From a virus (taxonomy: Duplodnaviria > Caudoviricetes), in the IMG/VR virus record IMGVR_UViG_3300036906_000230, positions 1 to 56,792 of that record: DNA of 56,792 nt; one strand, written 5' to 3'. The notes below the pieces were generated by a model. It saw nothing but the letters and a program-made list of their open reading frames with translations, did not search any database and was not told the origin of the DNA. Every line of letters starts with the position of its first letter. Position 1 is the stretch's first letter. The translations under genes and the position numbers were made by a program. Positions 28,021 through 38,078 of the stretch are shown here, piece after piece.

Positions 28021-31000
28021 TCATGCGATCACCAGCCCCGGCTGCTGAATGATCGCTGAGTTCTGCAATCGCCCGTTGCTGGCTGATGCCGCGCTCGACC
28101 ACTGGGACTGAACGAACTCCGGCGTGACGACTTGGCCGGCCACGAACTGCGCGGCACCCTGGCCAGCAACGTTCACCTGCAACGTCATCGGGCCAGGAGC
28201 GGGATACGTGCCGGTCGAATAGCCGCCTGCCACCGGTAGGTTGCTCTGGAACGTGTACGGCGTACCGTTGACATAGGTCGCCTGCTGGTAGAGCTTGCCG
28301 CCCATTTCCGCAAGACTCCCCGACTGCGGGGTCGTGGCCGACAATGGCATCTTCTGCCCCGTGGATTCCGAATAGAGCATCAGCATCTTCCGCACGTCCG
28401 GATCGCGGACCGCGATGCTTACGTGGCCGGCGTATTTCTGCTGCGCGATGCCAGCGATCTGCTTGGCCATCGAGTTGTCGATGCTGATGGAGTAAAGCTG
28501 CTTGACCAGCCGCTTGGCCTCATTCTCCGGGGACTCAACTCCGAACACCTTTTCCCCGACACCGGCCAGGAAGCCCGCGCCCGCGCCGATTGCCGCGCCG
28601 AGCGGACCGCCAATCTGCTCCCCGATCAGCGCGCCTCCGGCGGTGCTTTCCGCGATACCACCCCACGTACCGCGCTGCGAGCCGAACAGGCCGTTCATCG
28701 CGAGCATCATTCCGGCGGCACCGGCGGCAGGCGATTTCGCGACACCCTGTACGCCACCCGAGAGCCCGCCACCGGCGTCGTCAAAGACCTTCTGGTTCCA
28801 TACAGTGCCTTTCAAGTTCTGAAGCGTCTTTGAGAGGCCATCTTTGGAGAACAGGCTGTAGACGCCCGACGTTCCGCCCTTCTGGCTCGCACCCAGGATC
28901 ATGCCCAGGGGATTCATGTTGAAGCCGGAGTGCGTAATGGGAAGGTTGAAGATGTCGGCGGGTGGAACACCCGATGCGCCAGGACTGGCCGCGCCTCCGA
29001 TGCTGATCGGAATGGACGCCCCCGGTCCAGTACCACCTGCGCCGCCCGAAACAGAGCTACCGCCAGCCGCCGGAATCGAAATCGCCGGAAGCGAGATGCC
29101 GCCTGGGATGCCGGTCGGCGCGGCAATGGCGGGCGCACCCATGCCCATCGCAGCCGCGAAAACAGCCGTCAACGATGCAATCGCCATCGAGTTCTGCGCC
29201 GTGACTGCTGTATTCAGATCGGTAGCCGCCTTGATGGGGTCCTGCTTGCCGGCGCCGAAGATCCCTTTGAAAACACCCGCGATCCCGCCGTGCCCGTCGC
29301 TGCCATATATCAGAGGATGGATCGCACCCGCTACCATGCCTCCCAGACCCTCCGTGATCGGCTTGAGCACAGCCTCGCGAATCGTGCCGGCAAGCTGCTT
29401 CCCAAATTCCTGCGGCTTCGTAAACAGCGTATGGAAGAGGCCCGAGGAGACCTTCTGCAACCCGTCGATCTCCTGCTGCAACTCCTGTACCCGCTTTTGC
29501 GCGATTTGCGCGCGCTTTTCTTCGAACTGATCCTGAGCCTGCGCCAGGTCCGTGTAGAGGCCCTTCTGCGCCTGCGCCGCCAGCACCGCCCGCTTCGCGG
29601 CATTTTCCTCTTTCGAGATCCGCACCGCCTCGATGCCCGCCAATTGGACAGCCAGATCGACTCTGACTTGGTAGGCTTGTTGCGCTGCGGTCTGTTCCTT
29701 TCGAGCCGACCGCTCGCGCTTTTCGGCCTCCGACATCGCCATCGGCGTTTCCTGGCCCGCGGTCAGTTCCGCCATGCGCCCGGAGCGCGCCGCCCGGCGC
29801 CGCAGCTCTTCCCGCTGTGCCTGCACACCGATGTCTTCAATCCGTTCCTGGGCCGCGAACCCCTCTTCCCACTCTTTCATCTGCTGCTTGCTGGGCATCA
29901 TCAGCATGGCCATCTTGTGCGCCCGATCCGCGGCCTGCTTCTGGTCGTACTTCTCGAACTCTTCCCACGCCTTCTTCGATATCACCGACGCCTGCTCATC
30001 CGCCGACTTCCGGATGGCTGCTATCTCCGCTTCCGAAGCCTTCACCTGCGTAGCCTGCTTGAGCAACAGATCGCGCTGGTAGTAAATCTTCTCGATGGCC
30101 GAGAGGTCTGCTTCGTCGCCCTTCTTGGTGAACGCCGAGGCTTCCGTCGTGAACTTCTTCCGTTCCTGCTCGAGGTCGAGAGCCCCTTTCAACCGCGCCT
30201 CGTTGCGCTGTGCGGCGGCGAGGCTCTTGCCGATGTCGGTGGCCTCGGATTTGGTCAACGGTTTTTCGGGGTCGCCCTCGAACAACTCCTTCCGGTACTT
30301 CTCCACATCCTTCTTGGCCTGCTGGTACGCCTGCTCCAGCCCATCGTGAGTGGCGAAGAACTGTCCGCGCAGCCCGTCGATGTACTGCTTGCCCTGTTTC
30401 AGTTCGGTGCGCCGCGTCGCCTTGCCGGCCGCATTGAGCAACTGTTGGAGGCTGTCAATTTCCTTGTGGATCTGGTCAGCCTTCTTCATGCGCGCAAGTT
30501 CGTCTTCCGTGGGTGCGATAGCTTGCAGGATGCCGAAATCGCCTGTGAGTTGCTGCTCCTGCCCCCGCAGCGCTTCCATGCGCTTTAACGTGGCATCGCG
30601 GTTGCGCATGATCTCCGGCGCCTGCCGCTCCATGTCGGCCTGCTGCTTTCGATGCGCGCTCAGCGATTCCTTTGCGCCGATTCCGCCCGCTGCCCAAATC
30701 TGGCGCGCTTCCTCTTCCTCCTGACGTGCCCGCTCGTCATCCCCGGCGGTGCCGACGTTGTCGAGGAACCACTTCACGCCCGCGCCGATCCATTTGATGG
30801 AAACGGAAAGCGTGGTGACCAGGCCCTCCTTGAACTTGCGCATCAGGCCGTCCCACTTGGTCTCCAGTTCGGCCACGTCGCGCTGGTATTCCGTGAAGCG
30901 CCGGATGTCGTCCTCGGTGGGGCCGAAGCCTTGCTCCCTGGCTATGCGCAGGTTCTCGGTCAATTCGGTGATCATCGGCACGGCTTCGATGCCTGCCCGC

Positions 31001-31872
31001 TTGAAGATGTCCATCGCCGCGCGGTTACGGTCGATCGCATCCGGAAGGCGATTCAGACCCTCCCCGAGTTCCTGGAGGATCTCGGAGGTGGGGCGCAGGT
31101 TCCCGAGCTCGTCGCGAGTGGAGACGCCGAGGCTGCGCAGCGTGGTGCGCGCCTTCTCGCCCTCGCTGGTGTTTTCCGTGAGGGCGTTCGTCAGCCCGCG
31201 CATCATGCGCTCGACGAGAGAGATATCCTGACCGACGGCTTTCGCCGCGAAGCTGAACTGGCCGACCTCTTTCGCGGTGAGGCCGGTGCGGAGTTCGGCA
31301 TCCTTCACCCTCACGCCGTATTCGCCCAGGCTTTTGGCCGCTTCCCATCCGGCAGTGGCGACCGCCGCGAGCGCGGTCGCGCCGATGGCAAGGCTACCGC
31401 CCATTGGCCCGATCTTTTCGAGGAGGCCTGTGGCCGCTTCCTTCGACGCGTTCAGCGGATCTCTGAGGAAGCCCTCTATGTTCCGGCCGAGAGCCTGAAA
31501 GCTCCCGCCGGACTTGCCGCTCTCGACGTCGATCATCTTCGCGTAGGAGGCAGTAACGCGGTCGATCATGCCCTGCTCATCGCCGAGCTTTTTGATGATC
31601 CGGTCGCGGTCGGCAATGAGACGGTCCACGCCGGTCTTGCCATAAGCGGCCGCCTGCTTTTCGATGGACTGCGTAAGCCGCTCCATGGAACTCCGGGAAC
31701 GGTCGTTCATCTTCAGCAACATGTCGGCCATCCGCTCCAGCGACTTCTGCATCTTGTCGCCGGAACCGATGGTCTGTTTCTCCCAGCCCTCCACGGCCTG
31801 GTTGGCCTGCTTGATAGCAGTCAGCACGCTGCGCGGATCGACGTCGAGGACGATAGATTCCTGGTCTGGCAT
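28021..31872 (-). CDS. Tail tape measure protein
   Basis: 1283 aa alpha-helical Ala/Glu/Lys-rich protein with a Gly-rich C-terminus; follows the chaperone genes. Confidence 0.9.
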   Translation of the reverse strand: MPDQESIVLDVDPRSVLTAIKQANQAVEGWEKQTIGSGDKMQKSLERMADMLLKMNDRSRSSMERLTQSIEKQAAAYGKTGVDRLIADRDRIIKKLGDEQGMIDRVTASYAKMIDVESGKSGGSFQALGRNIEGFLRDPLNASKEAATGLLEKIGPMGGSLAIGATALAAVATAGWEAAKSLGEYGVRVKDAELRTGLTAKEVGQFSFAAKAVGQDISLVERMMRGLTNALTENTSEGEKARTTLRSLGVSTRDELGNLRPTSEILQELGEGLNRLPDAIDRNRAAMDIFKRAGIEAVPMITELTENLRIAREQGFGPTEDDIRRFTEYQRDVAELETKWDGLMRKFKEGLVTTLSVSIKWIGAGVKWFLDNVGTAGDDERARQEEEEARQIWAAGGIGAKESLSAHRKQQADMERQAPEIMRNRDATLKRMEALRGQEQQLTGDFGILQAIAPTEDELARMKKADQIHKEIDSLQQLLNAAGKATRRTELKQGKQYIDGLRGQFFATHDGLEQAYQQAKKDVEKYRKELFEGDPEKPLTKSEATDIGKSLAAAQRNEARLKGALDLEQERKKFTTEASAFTKKGDEADLSAIEKIYYQRDLLLKQATQVKASEAEIAAIRKSADEQASVISKKAWEEFEKYDQKQAADRAHKMAMLMMPSKQQMKEWEEGFAAQERIEDIGVQAQREELRRRAARSGRMAELTAGQETPMAMSEAEKRERSARKEQTAAQQAYQVRVDLAVQLAGIEAVRISKEENAAKRAVLAAQAQKGLYTDLAQAQDQFEEKRAQIAQKRVQELQQEIDGLQKVSSGLFHTLFTKPQEFGKQLAGTIREAVLKPITEGLGGMVAGAIHPLIYGSDGHGGIAGVFKGIFGAGKQDPIKAATDLNTAVTAQNSMAIASLTAVFAAAMGMGAPAIAAPTGIPGGISLPAISIPAAGGSSVSGGAGGTGPGASIPISIGGAASPGASGVPPADIFNLPITHSGFNMNPLGMILGASQKGGTSGVYSLFSKDGLSKTLQNLKGTVWNQKVFDDAGGGLSGGVQGVAKSPAAGAAGMMLAMNGLFGSQRGTWGGIAESTAGGALIGEQIGGPLGAAIGAGAGFLAGVGEKVFGVESPENEAKRLVKQLYSISIDNSMAKQIAGIAQQKYAGHVSIAVRDPDVRKMLMLYSESTGQKMPLSATTPQSGSLAEMGGKLYQQATYVNGTPYTFQSNLPVAGGYSTGTYPAPGPMTLQVNVAGQGAAQFVAGQVVTPEFVQSQWSSAASASNGRLQNSAIIQQPGLVIA

Positions 31873-32322
31873 CTATGCCGCCTTGGCGACGCGCACGACC
31901 CGCGCCTGTTTGAGGACCGCCAGCACAATGGCGTTCAGCGCAAGCCGGTCCCTGGGCGAAACACCGAACTGCCGCTCGCGCAGATTATTCACGTGCGCGA
32001 TGCGATCCGCGTTCGGATCGACAAAGCCGATCACCACGCGGTTCTCGCTTGCGCTCTTGACCTTGAGCGAGCGCATCGTGCGCCCGGTCCAGAACCAGTC
32101 GCGGAACGGTTGCAACCCGCGCGCCGCCTTGTAATCCGGATAACCGCGATGGCCGTTCCTGCCCGGCTTGAGTGGCCGCGCCTCCGCGTCGCTCACGTTG
32201 ACGGCTTTCCGGATGCGCGCGGAAATGCTGTCCACGAGAACGGTCCCGATGGTCTGCATGTCCTCGGCGGTGAAGGGCCCCAGGACCCACCGGGCGCGCG
32301 TGATCTTAGGTTGGAAGGGCAT
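31873..32322 (-). CDS. Virion morphogenesis/tail completion-like protein
   Basis: Basic protein with WTGRTMRSL...VVIGF...RQFGVS pattern. Confidence 0.55.
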   Translation of the reverse strand: MPFQPKITRARWVLGPFTAEDMQTIGTVLVDSISARIRKAVNVSDAEARPLKPGRNGHRGYPDYKAARGLQPFRDWFWTGRTMRSLKVKSASENRVVIGFVDPNADRIAHVNNLRERQFGVSPRDRLALNAIVLAVLKQARVVRVAKAA

Positions 32323-32344
32323 AGCATTCCTCTAAAATGAAGGC

Positions 32345-32611
32345 GTGAAGAACATTGCGGAAATCAAAGCGGCTTTCGATCTGACGGGCATCATGCAGCA
32401 TTATGCGAAAGGCGAACACAAGGACAAGATCGGCCTCCAATACGACGTCCTCGCGTGGATTTTGTGCGATGGCGAGAGCGCGGAACCGTTCGAATCGTTC
32501 TTGGACATCGGCCGGAAGTTCATGGAGAAGAACAATGCGACAATTACCCGCGTGATGCCCGATGGCCGGACCGAGCAGGGTGCCGATTTCCGGCGAAAAC
32601 CAAACACGTAA
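32345..32611 (+). CDS. Small moron, hypothetical protein
   Basis: Opposite-strand 88-aa ORF filling the gap between tail genes. Confidence 0.5.
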   Translation: MKNIAEIKAAFDLTGIMQHYAKGEHKDKIGLQYDVLAWILCDGESAEPFESFLDIGRKFMEKNNATITRVMPDGRTEQGADFRRKPNT

Positions 32612-32634
32612 ATGGGGACGATGGAATGCCGCAA

Positions 32635-33081
32635 TCACACGATTGGCGGTTTCTGCGATTGCTCCCGCTGATACCGTTCGCGTTCTTCCTTCAGGATCTG
32701 CAACCCACGGACCTCTTCCGCGGTGACGTCGCTCCAGGGAATACTGAAGTGCGCGGCGTCGAACTCCAGTTCCAACAGCCGCTCAAAGAGGCGGCCGGCG
32801 TTGGAATGCGTCCGCGCGTAATCCAGATCGTCCAGTTTGCAGTGGGCACAGCGGTTCACCATGAATTGCCAGCCGCCGCACTGCGGGCAGGCGCCAGGCG
32901 CGTTGGTGTCCTCCACCGTTCGAACCACGCCGCACTTTCCGCAGGCGACGTCGTTGGCGTCGGGGCAGCCGCGCGGGCCGTCCGCACCGCCATCGCACAA
33001 CTCGCACGCGCGCACCGAACGATGGATCAATAACCGGAGAGGGACCGGCGCGGGCCACTCATCCGGCGCTAAGAGTTTGGG
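32635..33081 (-). CDS. Tail assembly chaperone gpGT frameshift extension (Cys-rich)
   Basis: Open -1 frame from slippery site C CCA AAC (33075-33081) to the stop at 32635; several CxxC motifs. Confidence 0.75.
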   Translation of the reverse strand, partial: PKLLAPDEWPAPVPLRLLIHRSVRACELCDGGADGPRGCPDANDVACGKCGVVRTVEDTNAPGACPQCGGWQFMVNRCAHCKLDDLDYARTHSNAGRLFERLLELEFDAAHFSIPWSDVTAEEVRGLQILKEERERYQREQSQKPPIV

Positions 33082-33683
33082 TCGAGCGCCGGGTCGAGGT
33101 CGTCGATGGCCTGCACCAACTCCACGGTGACCGCCGACTTGTGATGCGGCGGGACATCCGCCGGCTTGAACGACTCCGCGTATCCCTCGATTTTGCCGGC
33201 GACCGAATCATACAGATCCACTGCCGGTTCAATCCGGTATCGCAACTCTTCCTGGCCGTGGGGGAGATCGGTGGAGGAAACCACCGTGCGCCGGTACACG
33301 GTGATGTCCCGCTGCGTCGGGATTTTCACCGTGTGGACGGTCGTTCCAAACGGCGTCTTCAATGTGACCTGGTACTCGTCGCCGGCCCGCTGGCAATCGG
33401 CTACCTCGCAGTACGTCAGTTTCGAGACGGCGTTCCCCGCCTCGAATTCGTCGAACTCCGCGCCGCCCTTGTCCAGCCGGATCTGGTTGAACAGGTCGAG
33501 GTCGGCCTTCGGATTCGGCACGAATTCCGTCTGCGATTTCCGCCGGCCAATCGTGCGCCGGATCGATTTCTGCTGGGCCAGGCGGTCCAGCATCTCCTGG
33601 CTGGTCGGCAACCGCACCATCGCAGTTTTCGGCGGGTTTGGCACCCGGATCGTAATGCCCTCGGCGGGAATGTCTCCGTACAT
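33069..33683 (-). CDS. Tail assembly chaperone gpG-like
   Basis: Lies between the major tail gene and the TMP; ends in a slippery heptamer. Confidence 0.8.
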   Translation of the reverse strand: MYGDIPAEGITIRVPNPPKTAMVRLPTSQEMLDRLAQQKSIRRTIGRRKSQTEFVPNPKADLDLFNQIRLDKGGAEFDEFEAGNAVSKLTYCEVADCQRAGDEYQVTLKTPFGTTVHTVKIPTQRDITVYRRTVVSSTDLPHGQEELRYRIEPAVDLYDSVAGKIEGYAESFKPADVPPHHKSAVTVELVQAIDDLDPALDPNS

Positions 33684-33699
33684 ACCGTTCTCCTCTTTC

Positions 33700-34713
33700 C
33701 TACTGCGCGATTCCTGCGATGCCGCAAAGCGTCGTCACGGACATCACCGTGTTCTGCGAGTTGCTGTACTGCGGCGCGCCCGTTACCGTCACGGCCACGA
33801 TGCCATCCGCCTCCGCATTTTCCGCGACCTGAAATGCCATCTGCGGGAACGTGAACGTCACCGAGTTGTTGGCGTCGTGCTGCACGCTGAGCGTCGCGGT
33901 CCCGGTGGTCTGGCTCACCAGCGTGTTGTACTCCGGTGATCCGGCAAGCAGCCGGGCGGTGAACTGGAACGACGGCACGCGCGCGCCCACTTCCATCCGG
34001 CCGCGCACCTGCAATCCGTTCTGCAAGCCGGATCCGGGGAAGAAGCCTGCGTTCAGCAGGAGGTTATTCTTCCAGCCCACCGATCCTGACAGGATGCGTT
34101 TCGTCGCGACGTAATCGACGCCGTTAACTGAGAGCGTCATGCCCGCCGCGAGCATGTTGTTTTCGCTGGTGAGCGCGGGGACGGTAATGCCGCTCGGCGT
34201 GGTCAGCAGCCCGGAGCCGACCCAGTTGACCGTCAGCTTCGAGGACGCGCGGCCGGGCCCGTAGGTGAACTGGTACGTGAAATCTTCAATGGCGCAGCCG
34301 ACGTACAGGTTGTCCACCGCGCTGCCGCCGCCTTCCGCCACCTGCTCGACGATTGAGAAATACGGCAGTTCGAGCGTGGTTCCCGGATTGATCGGCAGGA
34401 TCGTGTACGTGTAGGGTGCTGCCGAACCGGTCTGCGCCACGTTGCCGAGACCGAACGCGCAGGCCCAGGTCACGAATTCCGCGCTGGCGTATTTCTCGAT
34501 GCGGTTGGCCACCTCGTAGTGCGATGGGAAGGTCTGCGTGATGAATTCATGCCCCTTGCCGATTTCCGCCGCATCGTTCTCAAAGATCGGTTTCGGCGTC
34601 GTCAGCACCGTGTCCAGTTTCTTCAACCGCAGGAACGTGGCGCCTGCGGCCGAGATGCTGGCCTGCTTACCTTTGCCAAGCCCGAGGATGAGTTGCTGAA
34701 TTCTTGCCGGCAT
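33700..34713 (-). CDS. Major tail (tube) protein
   Basis: Size, composition and position; YTYTILP, YVGCAIEDFT patterns. Confidence 0.75.
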   Translation of the reverse strand: MPARIQQLILGLGKGKQASISAAGATFLRLKKLDTVLTTPKPIFENDAAEIGKGHEFITQTFPSHYEVANRIEKYASAEFVTWACAFGLGNVAQTGSAAPYTYTILPINPGTTLELPYFSIVEQVAEGGGSAVDNLYVGCAIEDFTYQFTYGPGRASSKLTVNWVGSGLLTTPSGITVPALTSENNMLAAGMTLSVNGVDYVATKRILSGSVGWKNNLLLNAGFFPGSGLQNGLQVRGRMEVGARVPSFQFTARLLAGSPEYNTLVSQTTGTATLSVQHDANNSVTFTFPQMAFQVAENAEADGIVAVTVTGAPQYSNSQNTVMSVTTLCGIAGIAQ

Positions 34714-34716
34714 CCT

Positions 34717-34923
34717 TTACTCTCCTTTGTATTGCTCGTATCCGAGGCCCATCAGCGGAATCATCGCCGCTGGCACGGCGTCCACTTCCTGGATATCGCC
34801 GGTGTGCGGGTGCCGGAGCTTCACCTTTCCGGGCGCGGGCGCCGGGATCGCCGCGGACTCCTGTGCTTCCACCTTTTCTATAGCCGCCTGCACATCGGCA
34901 AGTTCCTGTCTCAGATCTGCCAT
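34717..34923 (-). CDS. Small hypothetical protein
   Basis: Coupled ORF in the neck/tail operon. Confidence 0.6.
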   Translation of the reverse strand: MADLRQELADVQAAIEKVEAQESAAIPAPAPGKVKLRHPHTGDIQEVDAVPAAMIPLMGLGYEQYKGE

Positions 34924-35387
34924 CAGTTGTCTCCAATCTCCGGAATGACGAAAGCGCCCGCGAACCTATCCTGCAGGTCCTCGTCGAGCGCGTGGGCCAC
35001 GCTCGGCGTGTCCATGATGTCGAGCCCCGGATAGAGCTGCATGTACCGGATGTTGACCTGGCTGCCGGTTGGCGGCTTGTTGCAAACGATCCACCACAGG
35101 TCTTCGTAGCCGACCGGATCGGTCAGTCCCGCCGCGTTCCCCATCCGGAAATACACATTGAAGCGGTGCTTCCAAATGGTCTGGCCATTGAAGTTGCCGC
35201 CAAGCGTGCCATCCCATGCGACCAGCATCGACGGCGCGGCCATCTTATATATACGTTCAGCCAGCCGGTATTCCTGGCCCAGCCGGTAGTGGAAAGCTGC
35301 AATGCGACCGTCCATTGCAGCGTTCAGATCCGTAATTGCCAGAAGGGTGCTCGCGATGGCGTCCGTAACTGGAGCGGGATTCAGCAT
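34923..35387 (-). CDS. Tail terminator-like protein
   Basis: Position and size. Confidence 0.55.
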   Translation of the reverse strand: MLNPAPVTDAIASTLLAITDLNAAMDGRIAAFHYRLGQEYRLAERIYKMAAPSMLVAWDGTLGGNFNGQTIWKHRFNVYFRMGNAAGLTDPVGYEDLWWIVCNKPPTGSQVNIRYMQLYPGLDIMDTPSVAHALDEDLQDRFAGAFVIPEIGDN

Positions 35388-35705
35388 TTATGTGGTCCTC
35401 AGCTTCAGAACCGCGCCGCCCTGCGTATCAACAGAGACTTCCTGCACGGCGTAGATCGTGCCGTTGATGGTGACTGTGTCCCCGCCTCGCGGTGGCGGTG
35501 CGATGCCGGCGAACCGGACAAACAACCGGACCACAGCGGTGCCCTGGACGCTGCCTGGAACGTAGTCCTCGGCCATCGCTGGAGTCTGAATGATCCCAGT
35601 GATCTGCTGCGCTCCGGAACCATCCTGCGGATTAAACGTAACCGGCGTGCCAAAGGTGGCGATGCACGCGGTGTCCATCGCGTTGACGAGATCGGACCAA
35701 GGCAT
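35388..35705 (-). CDS. Head-tail joining protein
   Basis: FGTPVTF, PRGGDTVTINGTIYAV pattern. Confidence 0.7.
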   Translation of the reverse strand: MPWSDLVNAMDTACIATFGTPVTFNPQDGSGAQQITGIIQTPAMAEDYVPGSVQGTAVVRLFVRFAGIAPPPRGGDTVTINGTIYAVQEVSVDTQGGAVLKLRTT

Positions 35706-35708
35706 AAA

Positions 35709-36056
35709 CTACCCAGCGGGATACGTCCACGACGGCTTGTTCCAATAGGAAACGATCAAGCCCTCACCCGCGATCGCAGCGTCGATCCAGTAGTCGGAAA
35801 GATCTAACGCGTCCGAGTCCGTGCTGGCCCACACCTCGTAGGAGTCATCGACGCCGCCAGCCGAATTGGGCCAGAGCTCTTTGATGACTCCGGCCAGCGT
35901 GTTCTTGTTGACAGCGGCAGTGCCGAAATACATCTTGCCGGTCAGCCCCGCGATCACCTGCACGCGGATGCGGCAGCACGGCGTGCGCGTAGCCGCCAGG
36001 TGGACCGGCGTACCAGGAGTGGGCACGTTCACACGGCCGAGCGAAGTCGGCGTCAT
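35709..36056 (-). CDS. Hypothetical structural-module protein
   Basis: ATGA-coupled ORF (MTPTSLG...). Confidence 0.6.
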   Translation of the reverse strand: MTPTSLGRVNVPTPGTPVHLAATRTPCCRIRVQVIAGLTGKMYFGTAAVNKNTLAGVIKELWPNSAGGVDDSYEVWASTDSDALDLSDYWIDAAIAGEGLIVSYWNKPSWTYPAG

Positions 36057-36340
36057 AACCAGGCCAGCACGTCGAAGTGCTTCGCGTTCGTGACGGTCAC
36101 GACCACGTTCGTCGCGGTGTGGGTGCCATACGTTACGGTGCCGCCGTCCGTTGGGATACAAAGCACTCCGGCCGGCACCGCGCCCAAGCCGTGGGCGACA
36201 TTCTGACTGGCTCCCGTTCCCGCCTGCTGACTCGCGAAGAACAGCTTTTGCAGCGACAGAAACACGCCCTTCAATTTCGGGTGGGGGCCGTTGCTCTGGA
36301 ACTCTGGCGCGTTGACCGGGACCTTCTTAATTTCGACCAT
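36053..36340 (-). CDS. Hypothetical structural-module protein
   Basis: AAAGGAG RBS, MVEIKK start; VAHGLGAVP motif. Confidence 0.6.
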   Translation of the reverse strand: MVEIKKVPVNAPEFQSNGPHPKLKGVFLSLQKLFFASQQAGTGASQNVAHGLGAVPAGVLCIPTDGGTVTYGTHTATNVVVTVTNAKHFDVLAWL

Positions 36341-36635
36341 ACGCTTTCTCCTTTCTGGTCTTCGCCGGGACGGCGGCTTTGTCGGCGTGCTCTGTCGGTA
36401 GCGGGGCCCGCCCCGACTTGGCCAGCGCCAACTCCAACTCTGGCCACGTGCCGATCCGGCGCTGCTCGTACATCTGGCGGGCGCGCGCCATCTGGAATTT
36501 GTCTGTGGACTCCGGAGGGGGATATTCGTCGCCCGTGGCAGGCGGCGTGAACCCGCCCGCAAGCGGACGCAGCACGTACAGCGGCGGGACGCCGTTCCGG
36601 ATCAACTGCGCCCATTGTGGTCTGCGATGGAACAT
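36327..36635 (-). CDS. Hypothetical protein downstream of the capsid gene
   Basis: Operon position. Confidence 0.55.
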   Translation of the reverse strand: MFHRRPQWAQLIRNGVPPLYVLRPLAGGFTPPATGDEYPPPESTDKFQMARARQMYEQRRIGTWPELELALAKSGRAPLPTEHADKAAVPAKTRKEKAYGRN

Positions 36636-36637
36636 GA

Positions 36638-37642
36638 TTACACCGCCGAGATGACGTTGTTGAAGAAGAAACCGCAGTCCTTCGAGACCACTCGCATATC
36701 GAATGCAGCATCGATCTCGACGCGGTCCGAACCCAGGTGCTCCATCCGGAACGTTTTGATGCGGACTCCCGCGCCGCCGGTCGATCCGATCATGCCGGTC
36801 CAGTTAAAGGTGTATCCGGCGCTCGGCGTCATCAGCCCGGCGTTGCGAGGCCGGTAGAAGAGAGCCGCGCTCGTGCCGCCGATGAAGGCGTTCGATTCCG
36901 TGGCGCCCTCGGCCGCCGTGTTGTACACCGCGTCCATGACGAGGACCTCTTCCAGTTCGAGGATCTCGGCGATGATGCGGCGCGTGGCCATGGCCGGGTT
37001 CGGCGCGGTCTGGCCGTACTTGGTGCGGTCAATGAAGTCGGGGTGATCTACCAGCTTGTCGAACACCGGGCGCGAGAAGACACCGATGTTGGGCACGAAG
37101 CCGCCGGAGTTCAGACGCGCCTGGGTCTTGGCGTGCCGGATGTCCGTGATCGGGCTGGCTGTGGCGTAATCCCAGAACGCCACGTGGGTGCTGTCGGAAG
37201 CAGCTTGGCCCGCCAACTCGCCGGTCCACACACCGCTCTTGAAGAAGGCTCCGGCCCACACGTTCTCGCGGCGGATGAGCGCCTTGTTGGTCAGGAAGAT
37301 GGTCGCGTCGCGATCGGGTGAGAGCGGCGAGTCGCTGTTCGCGCGGATCTGGTCGTCCACATCCTTGTGCAGCGCCCACACGTCGCAACTGTACGTGCCG
37401 GTCGAATCGAGCCCATATCCGGAGCCCGCGGACTCGGTCGCGAGCGCGCGCTTCTGCATCTCGTCGCGATTGAAGTCGGCGCGCTTGTAGGTGTAGTACA
37501 GGTCGCTTTTGCTTTCGACGGGAATTCCAGGGAAGGCGCGGTCGGCGACGAATTCGACGCCGGCCGCCTCCTGGCTGTACGCCACCGAAACGTTGGTCAA
37601 CGGGCGGTTCACGTGAACGTCGCCCAAAGTCGGTTGAGGCAT
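36638..37642 (-). CDS. Major capsid protein
   Basis: HVNRPLTNVSVAY, FVADRAFP, PSAGYTF motifs; strong RBS. Confidence 0.9.
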   Translation of the reverse strand: MPQPTLGDVHVNRPLTNVSVAYSQEAAGVEFVADRAFPGIPVESKSDLYYTYKRADFNRDEMQKRALATESAGSGYGLDSTGTYSCDVWALHKDVDDQIRANSDSPLSPDRDATIFLTNKALIRRENVWAGAFFKSGVWTGELAGQAASDSTHVAFWDYATASPITDIRHAKTQARLNSGGFVPNIGVFSRPVFDKLVDHPDFIDRTKYGQTAPNPAMATRRIIAEILELEEVLVMDAVYNTAAEGATESNAFIGGTSAALFYRPRNAGLMTPSAGYTFNWTGMIGSTGGAGVRIKTFRMEHLGSDRVEIDAAFDMRVVSKDCGFFFNNVISAV

Positions 37643-37682
37643 TTACGTTTTCTCCTTTTCTGTGGATTGGGCTGGCTGCCGC

Positions 37683-38051
37683 TTACAGCTTGCCCTTCTG
37701 CTGGATGAGCGCTGGGATGATGACTCCGGCGGCGCCGGTCGCCAGCGCGCGGCCCAGGATCTTGTTGCCGGTGGTGGCGGTGACCGCCTTGCCATTCACG
37801 TCGGTGGCGAGCAGGTCGCCGGCAGTGACGCCCGCCGCGCCCACCACCAGTTTGCTGACGCCGAGAATGCCGACCTCGCCGTATACCCCAGCGCCGTTCG
37901 GCTTGTCCTGGAGGATGCCCTCCGCATCGCCGCCTGCGGAAGGCAGCGCGAGTTGCCCGTTCGCGTTCACCGCGACGAAGCAGAACTGAGAAGCGCTCAG
38001 ATCCGCACTCGCGGGAGCGCCGATAGTCCGAAGAGTCTGTTCGTAAGCCAT
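37683..38051 (-). CDS. Head decoration/capsid cement protein (DUF2190-like)
   Basis: Gly/Ala-rich, GILQDKP, GDLLATDVNGKA; just upstream of the capsid gene. Confidence 0.75.
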   Translation of the reverse strand: MAYEQTLRTIGAPASADLSASQFCFVAVNANGQLALPSAGGDAEGILQDKPNGAGVYGEVGILGVSKLVVGAAGVTAGDLLATDVNGKAVTATTGNKILGRALATGAAGVIIPALIQQKGKL

Positions 38052-38078
38052 TTTGAATTTCTCCTTTCCTCGAGGTGC

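Noticed and set aside
38048-38067. A3 unit-2 spacers (TCTCCTTT, AGTTTTGA) resembling the RBS/start of the head decoration gene
   Set aside because: Requires a gap and mismatches; TCTCCTTT matches many RBSs by default
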